Shown here: positions 1 through 5,349 of the stretch, in pieces
Layout: every line of letters starts with the position of its first letter
Position numbering within the stretch: the stretch's first letter is position 1
Source of the DNA: a bacterium
GTDB lineage: Bacteria; Zhuqueibacterota; Zhuqueibacteria; Zhuqueibacterales; Zhuqueibacteraceae
Reading direction: 5' to 3'
Length of the DNA stretch: 17,498 nt
NCBI GenBank assembly: GCA_044869275.1
Contig: JBIOXB010000149.1
Span: forward strand, 1-17,498
Notes under the pieces: generated by a model
Database searches by the model: none
What the model saw: the letters and a program-made list of their open reading frames with translations, nothing else
Told to the model about the DNA's origin: nothing
Translations under genes and position numbers: made by a program

Positions 1-211
1 TGATCTTTGCCATGATTTCGATTTCCTCAAGCTTGCTGTCCGAAACCTCCATAATCACGAGATCAATCTGCTGCTGCAGCAATATTGATTCGATCCGGCC
101 GTTCTCCAGATTCTTGATGATTTGAACCGTTCGTTGTAGTGCCTCACAGAGATCGTCATCATTAACCACTGAGCGACCCGAAAGCAATACGTATCGTCTA
201 CTTATACACAT
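1..211 (-). CDS. Partial (3'-truncated by window) atypical response-regulator receiver-like protein
   Basis: Manual translation from ATG at 211, open to the window edge: MCISRRYVLLSGRSVVNDDDLCEALQRTVQIIKNLENGRIESILLQQQIDLVIMEVSDSKLEEIEIMAKI. It has a VVNDDD acidic patch and a beta3-like IDLVIME segment with Glu in place of the phospho-Asp. Not in the supplied ORF track. Confidence 0.6.
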   Translation of the reverse strand, partial: MCISRRYVLLSGRSVVNDDDLCEALQRTVQIIKNLENGRIESILLQQQIDLVIMEVSDSKLEEIEIMAKI

Positions 212-240
212 TGGCTTGCTCAATTTTTGTTAATAAAATG

Positions 241-255
241 ACAAGATTTGTGCCA
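241..255 (-). promoter_or_regulatory. Putative sigma54 (-24/-12) promoter for the receiver-like gene
   Basis: Minus strand reads TGGCAC-AAATC-TTGT versus consensus TGGCAC-N5-TTGC (one mismatch, at -12). It lies about 30 nt upstream of the ATG at 211 and next to a sigma54 activator gene. Confidence 0.5.
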
Positions 256-261
256 GTGACG

Positions 262-308
262 GAAAAACAAAACAGCCCTGTAAGAAAATTCTTAAAGGGC
301 TGTTTTTT
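262..308 (-). terminator. Probable intrinsic terminator downstream of the sigma54 activator gene (possibly bidirectional)
   Basis: Inverted repeat AAAACAGCCCTGTAAGAA-AA-TTCTTAAAGGGCTGTTTT (269-306, one mismatch) with T-runs following on both strands. Confidence 0.6.
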
Positions 309-394
309 ATGGGCGAATTTGCTAAGGCAAAGTAAACGGGACAATTTATACTCAGCAAAACAATAGTGCCAGTGCTATAGTTTTAGCGACAGCA

Positions 395-2029
395 CTATGG
401 TTTGAACTTGTGCGGATTGATGTGATACTTTTTGAGTTTAGCGTGGAGATTGGTGACGTGGAGACCGGCGCGTTTTGCCGCGCGACTAACATTTCCTTCA
501 GAAACTTGTAAACAACTGTCGATGAATTCACGCTCAAATTTCTCTGTTGCCAGCTTTCTGGCGAGTTTAAAGGAGGAGGTGTCGCCAGTGGCAGTAGAAC
601 TCTCGTGCAAAACGGGCGGCAGATGGCCAGGACGGATTTCTTTACCCTCAGCCACAATGACGGTACGGTGCAGAAGGTTTTCCAACTCTCGAACATTGCC
701 AGGGAAATGATAGGCCAAGAGCAAATTTTCGGCTTCTCGCGACAGACGCAAATTTTCCTTGCGATGCTTGGCACCATAAAATCTTAAAAAATGTTGCGCC
801 AAAAGTAGAATGTCACTTTGACGTTCACGCAGGGGTGGAAGCGAAAGTTCAACTACATTGAGTCGATAATATAGCTCTTCGCGAAATCTGCCTTGCGCGA
901 TCAGTTGACGCAGGTCCGTGCTCGCTGCGGCTACAACGCGTACATCGCAGCGCCGGATTTCGGTACTACCAACGCGAGCGTATTCACCGGTCTGCAAAAC
1001 CCTTAGCAGTTTTACCTGCAGGGCCGGTGTCATTTCATGCACTTCATCCAAAAAGATGGTGCCGCTATTGGCATGCTGGAACCAGCCTTCCTTGTCGCTG
1101 GTGGCGCCGGTGAAGGCGCCGCGAACATGACCGAAAAATTCCGACTCCAACAAATTCTCCGGCATGGCGCCGCAGTTGACTGGGATAAAAGGTTTTCTTT
1201 TGCGGTTGCTGTTAAAATGAAGTGATCTCGCGATAAGCTCCTTGCCCGTACCACTTTCTCCTTGAATCAAGACCGTGGCATCGCTATCGGCAACTTGAGC
1301 CACAAGTTTGAGTGTTTCAATTACCGCAGGGTGATGGCCCACGATTGCTTCAAAACCATATTTTTCGCGCAACTCCGCTTCGCACGTTTCCACGCGTTGG
1401 TACAGTCGTTTGTGTTCGAGCGCATGATGAGCGGCCAACGCGATGAAATCCGTCAGCGCACACAAGAACCAGCAGGCCTCCGGCCTGAAGCCATTGCCTC
1501 CCCAGCCATTGTCCAGATAAATCACCCCAAACGTATTGCCTTGATGTTGCAAAGGTAGACAAATGATATGTGGAATATTGTTCTGGACCGTCCCAAATTC
1601 ATTCCATTGAGTTGTTTCATTGGGCTTAACATGAAGGCAAGCGCGTGTTTGCGCGGCTTTCACTTTGGCAATTATCGCCCTGCTGATTTCAAATTTGGGA
1701 TCAGTCATGTTTTCATATTCCAGATTGTGTGTCGCCTCGACGATGATGTCCCCCTTGGCATCGAAGAATATCATTAGTCCACGGTCGGCAGCGGAGATTT
1801 CAACCGCGTGCCCAATGGCCATGTCAAGCAAATGGTCGACATCCGATTCGCCAAGTAGTTGCTTACCAATCCGGAATAGTGTCTCATAATGCGCGGTGAG
1901 ATCTTTTGGTGTTTCGATAATACAGGTTGGACACCTTTCCCCAAGCACGATTGGGTTATGGTGTGTCGTCTTTAGACTGCCGACGTCGGTTGCTGGGTAC
2001 ATTTCCATGATTTTAGTCTCCAAACCCAA
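395..2029 (-). CDS. Sigma54-dependent transcriptional activator (GAF + AAA+ + Fis-type HTH; NifA/FhlA-like architecture)
   Basis: Walker A GESGTGKE, ESEFFGHVRGAFTGA signature, Walker B IFLDEV, FREELYYRLNV, FPGNVRELEN, C-terminal HTH (GNVSRAAKRAGL), N-terminal GAF (IICLPLQHQGNTFGVIYLDN). Exact start uncertain. Confidence 0.95.
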   Translation of the reverse strand: MGLETKIMEMYPATDVGSLKTTHHNPIVLGERCPTCIIETPKDLTAHYETLFRIGKQLLGESDVDHLLDMAIGHAVEISAADRGLMIFFDAKGDIIVEATHNLEYENMTDPKFEISRAIIAKVKAAQTRACLHVKPNETTQWNEFGTVQNNIPHIICLPLQHQGNTFGVIYLDNGWGGNGFRPEACWFLCALTDFIALAAHHALEHKRLYQRVETCEAELREKYGFEAIVGHHPAVIETLKLVAQVADSDATVLIQGESGTGKELIARSLHFNSNRKRKPFIPVNCGAMPENLLESEFFGHVRGAFTGATSDKEGWFQHANSGTIFLDEVHEMTPALQVKLLRVLQTGEYARVGSTEIRRCDVRVVAAASTDLRQLIAQGRFREELYYRLNVVELSLPPLRERQSDILLLAQHFLRFYGAKHRKENLRLSREAENLLLAYHFPGNVRELENLLHRTVIVAEGKEIRPGHLPPVLHESSTATGDTSSFKLARKLATEKFEREFIDSCLQVSEGNVSRAAKRAGLHVTNLHAKLKKYHINPHKFKP

Positions 2030-2073
2030 AGAATTCGCTGGCCCAAGTCACTTGTTCCTTCTGGATCAAAAAA

Positions 2074-2415
2074 TTAACCGAAGTTTGCCACGCGCCATGC
2101 GAATAGAAACGCATTCGGACGATATTTGTCACGTAAAAACGATGCCCAAGCAAGTTGTTCGGAAGTTGCTTCTGTTACCTCAATACCAATACTTGTGTGG
2201 GAAAATTGAATTTCAAAATCTGGCTTATCGCGGTGTCGTATTGTTAGTAGAAAACTGAGGCAGTCATTGTATCCCAAAGTCGACAGAAACCGACAAACAA
2301 CCCTGGTCTCAACTTGATGGTGAGTTCTTCCTTTCGAACGCCGTGGCACTAAAGTACCTACCGCCTTCAGGTGGCCGGTCAATTCACTCAAAGAACCTGC
2401 TGCAATCTGATTCAT
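2074..2415 (-). CDS. Hypothetical protein with PD-(D/E)xK-like nuclease motif, probably C-terminally truncated
   Basis: 113 aa ORF containing DKPDFEIQFSHTSIGIEVTE (PD...ExT pattern). It ends about 30 aa after the motif. Confidence 0.5.
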   Translation of the reverse strand: MNQIAAGSLSELTGHLKAVGTLVPRRSKGRTHHQVETRVVCRFLSTLGYNDCLSFLLTIRHRDKPDFEIQFSHTSIGIEVTEATSEQLAWASFLRDKYRPNAFLFAWRVANFG

Positions 2416-2439
2416 TTCATATTTCTCAAAGATAGCTTC

Positions 2440-2494
2440 GTCGCGGCAGGAACGGCGGTTTCGCGCCGTTCAGTTTTCCCGCACCGGGCTCTTC
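2440..2494 (-). ncRNA. Degenerate group II intron 3' end (half of domain V, domain VI)
   Basis: Minus strand: GAAGAGCCCGGTGCGGGAAAACTG (DV 5' arm with AGC triad and loop) joined directly to hairpin GAACGGCG-CGAAAC-CGCCGTTC and terminal CCTGCCGCGAC. The DV 3' arm is missing. Confidence 0.8.
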
Positions 2495-2539
2495 AGAGAT
2501 ACTCGCTTCCGCAATCCGGCTAAGAGGAAAGTTGGAGTC

Positions 2540-2900
2540 GTCGTTGGCAGTTGTGCTTTGCAGGGACCGTGGTCGTTCAATCCAGTGGCGTTTCATCATT
2601 GCCCAGGTACGCTTGCTGTTGTAGCTCTTCTTTTTACTTTACCGATTCCACCATTTCTTGGGAAAATGCATCACTTAACAGAAGAATTTGTGCAAGGCAT
2701 CGCCGTTCCCAATCATTCCATAAGTATGGTAATGACTCCGAAATTTCCGATTGGCGTCACGCACAGTTTCACAATACCTTCGCCGCGCTTGCGCCAACAA
2801 TGAATTCCGCGCACTCTCGAAACTGCGGCAACTTCCTGGTCCACATCGCCGCAGAAATTCTGGTCTCGCTTCTCGATTTCGCAAAACAGAGTTTGTGGCG
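2540..2900 (-). pseudogene. Group II intron reverse transcriptase/maturase C-terminal (domain X) remnant
   Basis: Across stops and frameshifts it reads ...NREARPEFLRR...NRKFRSHYHTYGMIGNGDALHKFFC*VMHFPKKWWNR*SK..., then AMMKRHWIERPR. This resembles the maturase pattern (LNxKLRGHYxYYGxxGN...KWLNRRSQ...P.PR) and lies just upstream of the DV/DVI relic. Upstream boundary approximate. Confidence 0.75.
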
Positions 2901-3202
2901 GAAACGCGGAGATCAGCCATTAAACTCGATATGAAGCCGCTATTGCTCGCCAAAGTGTTAAGCCTGAGCTCGCGACTCAATTTCGTGTTCGCATATTGAC
3001 ATTAGGTAATAAGTCGAGCAGAAGACACTTGTTGAGATGGAATGGCTGGTCCCGTAGCCCCAATAATACCTGAAGATGTAATCGTGAGTAGAGAGAAGGC
3101 AAGTCAAAATGGCTATCTAAATCCCTCAATACCCCTCTCGCACACAGCCCGAACCACAAGACTGGCCGAAAATTTAATGAAATTTTGTTCATTCGCAAGA
3201 GA

Positions 3203-3394
3203 ATTCCTTTCCCACAAGAGCAGCTTCACACGCTCGCGACGACGATTGATGAACACGTACACATCGCCATTCGTCGGGTCGTGCGACAAGGCAGAAGTCA
3301 TAAGCCCGGAGAGGCCATCGAAGCTCTGGCGCATGTCAGTGGCGTGAGCATAAAGGAAGAAGCACAGCGAGGAAGCGAGCGGGAGCATGGTCAC
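3203..3394 (-). pseudogene. tnpB: IS66 accessory protein TnpB, truncated
   Basis: TDMRQSFDGLSGL...DPTNGDVYVFINRRRERVKLLLWERN matches IS66 TnpB. Similarity stops before the expected G...YKRLE segment, and the ORF runs on into unrelated DNA to 3113. Confidence 0.9.
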
Positions 3395-3733
3395 TTCGCG
3401 GCGGCGTGAATGAGATGCGCGAGCAGAGTGGCATCGACCTGATCATTGAACCGAACCACGATATCGGAAGGATATTCGATCACACAGGCAGAAGGCAACG
3501 GGGATGGTGGTGGGCATAACACGTAAAGGGATAAAATCGGCGGGAGCCTCCTCGACAGGCTGAGACGACTGAACTTCTTGGAGGCGATGCTTCTTGAGCC
3601 AATACCGAAACGTCCGGTAAGCGAGGCCTTCCTGGTGGGAGAACTCTTTTTGTGAAAGCGCACTCGCCAGAAACCGCTCGACCTTTTCAAACATTTCCCG
3701 CGCATGCGTGTGTTCCCGATGCCGTTGTTCCAT
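3391..3733 (-). pseudogene. tnpA: IS66 TnpA (small HTH protein), frameshifted
   Basis: RBS AAGGGAG then ATG at 3733. N-half SALSQKEFSHQEGLAYRTFRYWLKK...DFIPL is in one frame and C-half CVIEYPSDIVVRF...LLAHLI is in another; the shift lies near 3500-3520. Confidence 0.8.
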
Positions 3734-4131
3734 CTGTTCTCCCTTTCGATTCCGCACAACGTAGGATTTCCAATCGAGAAGATAGATGGATTCACCGAGG
3801 GGATACTAAAATCGAACGCTCACTTGAGAAATTAAAAAGGGCCTCAGCATAATGCAGAGTCCCTTTGGAGTTAAGCAGTATTTAAGCAAACTGGCGCAAA
3901 AATGAGTGGAATTATGCTGAAATAATGTAAAACGAAGCGCCAATCTGCGTTAGTCCCTACCTACACACTTTCACTGTTTTCAAAAGCTTACGTCAGGCAT
4001 CACAAGAAGGCCGTCAGAATCCCGATTGGCTTAGGAAACCATGTGACTTTTCGAACAGACGCACCGTTGAATTAGGCTCATGTCTAATGACGATTGCCTA
4101 TGCAGAAGCCTTTCTCTCTGCTGAAATTTTG

Positions 4132-4290
4132 GTGTCCAATTAGTGTCCATAACTCGCGCAAAAGTGGGCAATTCTGCGCAAATAAGCGCAACTCACTCTG
4201 GCGTGGGTTCGAAAGTAGCTGTTTGATTTTGCAGGCCTTATCCACAAACTGCACGGCTTACGTTGTTGCGCGCAATAGGACTCAAAATCC
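4132..4290 (+). other. Putative attachment-site junction of a tyrosine-integrase element (arm repeats + tRNA-Leu(CAA) anticodon-arm core)
   Basis: Direct repeat GTGTCCA-ATTA-GTGTCCA (4132-4149), IHF-like GTAGCTGTTTGATTTT (~4215-4230), then GGACTCAAAATCC (4278-4290), which matches a Leu-CAA anticodon stem-loop with no remaining tRNA. Confidence 0.5.
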
Positions 4291-4407
4291 AGCGCGTTGA
4301 TCAAATATTCCGTTGCTCCTGGCGCAAATACTACTCTTCTTCGTTTCTAAAATCAAGGGATTCCTGCTCTTATACCCTGCGAGTTTACCCTATACCGAAA
4401 ATTTCCC

Positions 4408-4436
4408 TTGAAGATCAACGCTTTAAAGGGTACATT
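4408..4436 (+). promoter_or_regulatory. Sigma70-type promoter of the TA operon (leaderless or near-leaderless)
   Basis: TTGAAG-17 nt-TACATT, 8 nt before the ATG at 4445. No clear Shine-Dalgarno sequence. Confidence 0.55.
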
Positions 4437-4444
4437 TATTTGAG

Positions 4445-4933
4445 ATGATTGATGAGCTCAAAAACATCATAGACCGCCATCCGCAAATCGATGCCGCTTA
4501 TCTCTACGGTTCGGCAGCGGCGAATAAATTGCGGCCCAATAGCGATTTGGACGTGGCTTTGTTGCTGGCAGAACCATATACCGAAGATGAATTGGCGACG
4601 GTGCACGCTCGCATCATTAGCGAGATAGAAGCAGCCTTTCAACGCGAAGCAGATGTCAAAATTCTCAATGAGCTCGAGCATTTACCGCTGGTACAGAAAA
4701 TCATTGCCGATGGCCGCCTATTTCACGATCGCAAGCCGGAGCTGCGCAAAGCATTCGCGGTGAAAAAGAATCTTGAGTATTTAGACTTTTTGCCGCATTA
4801 CGAACGCATTTTGAACATTTACGCCGAAAGGTTGCGGGATCGTGGTACAAAGAAATCTCATCCTGAACAAAGTCATCCAAATTCGCCAGAGTATCGCCCG
4901 CATTCAGACCCGCGCACTGCTGAGCTCGGATGA
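4445..4933 (+). CDS. mntA: Minimal nucleotidyltransferase antitoxin (MntA family, type VII TA)
   Basis: AYLYGSAAANKLRPNSDLDVAL fits the GSX10DXD motif; a later ADVKILN strand; directly upstream of a DUF86/HEPN gene. Confidence 0.9.
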   Translation: MIDELKNIIDRHPQIDAAYLYGSAAANKLRPNSDLDVALLLAEPYTEDELATVHARIISEIEAAFQREADVKILNELEHLPLVQKIIADGRLFHDRKPELRKAFAVKKNLEYLDFLPHYERILNIYAERLRDRGTKKSHPEQSHPNSPEYRPHSDPRTAELG

Positions 4934-5261
4934 ATTTTTCCAGGACGCCGATGCGCAAGATATCGTGAAGTTAAACTTTCAGAATGCGATCCAAGGCTGC
5001 CTCGATCTGGCAGATCACATTATTGCGGACGAAGAATGGGGAATTCCCGGCAGTTTTGGGGAAGCGATGGACAAGCTGGCCGAACATGGCGTCATCTCTC
5101 CGGCGGAAGCGGAGACCTACAAGAAAATGGGGCGGTTTCGCAATCTGCTGGTGCATGGCTATGCGCGCGTTGATCATCGCGAACTCTATAAGATTATGAA
5201 AACCGGCCTTCGCGATATTGAGAAGTATGTCGAGTCGATAATCGACTATTTCAAGATTTAG
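4842..5261 (+). CDS. hepT: HEPN (DUF86) RNase toxin, HepT family
   Basis: 139 aa with FRNLLVHGY (RX4HXY motif) and the DUF86-like AIQGCLDLADHII...PGSFGEAM segment; GTG start. Confidence 0.92.
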   Translation: MVQRNLILNKVIQIRQSIARIQTRALLSSDEFFQDADAQDIVKLNFQNAIQGCLDLADHIIADEEWGIPGSFGEAMDKLAEHGVISPAEAETYKKMGRFRNLLVHGYARVDHRELYKIMKTGLRDIEKYVESIIDYFKI

Positions 5262-5287
5262 TCGAACCAGCCGATTTATCCACAATA

Positions 5288-5323
5288 GAAAAAGCCTCGC
5301 GGCAACGGTCGCGAGGCTTTTTC
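5288..5323. terminator. Bidirectional intrinsic terminator between convergent hepT and TonB receptor genes
   Basis: GAAAAAGCCTCGCG-GCAACGGT-CGCGAGGCTTTTTC, a perfect 14-bp inverted repeat with A/T tails. Confidence 0.9.
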
Positions 5324-5349
5324 ATTTTTGAACAACAGGCTCCTAAACC

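Larger units (their letters stand above)
3203..3823 (-). mobile_element. Truncated IS66-family element (left end, tnpA, part of tnpB; tnpC absent)
   Basis: Starts on the minus strand with GTGAGCGTTCGATTT (IS66 ends typically GTAAGCG...), followed by tnpA- and tnpB-like frames coupled by a GTGA overlap at 3391-3394. Confidence 0.85.

Noticed and set aside
355..371. Second sigma54-like motif on minus strand (TGGCAC-TATTG-TTTTGC)
   Set aside because: GG-to-GC spacing is 2 nt too long, and sigma54 spacing is strict.
2420..2560. Integron attC site
   Set aside because: No RYYYAAC...GTTRRRY pair with the proper inner repeats; the group II intron DV/DVI reading fits better.
2551..3347. Several short ORFs (2551-2934+, 2558-2803+, 2751-2999+, 2977-3198-, 3042-3347+)
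   Set aside because: No recognisable motifs. They overlap the maturase and IS66 remnants and are best explained as chance frames.
3835..3866. Imperfect hairpin AAAGGGCCTC-AGCAT-A-ATGCA-GAGTCCCTTT
   Set aside because: Terminator-like, but has mismatches and no gene ending next to it, so it cannot be assigned.
4030..4090. Possible decayed tyrosine-integrase C-terminus (LGNH...*AHV)
   Set aside because: Spacing does not fit LGH-x8-Y and it needs several assumed mutations; too weak without a search.
4195..4330. Complete tRNA gene (GGTTCGAA at ~4206 and Leu anticodon arm at 4278)
   Set aside because: The elements are in the wrong order and spacing; no cloverleaf or CCA end can be built.
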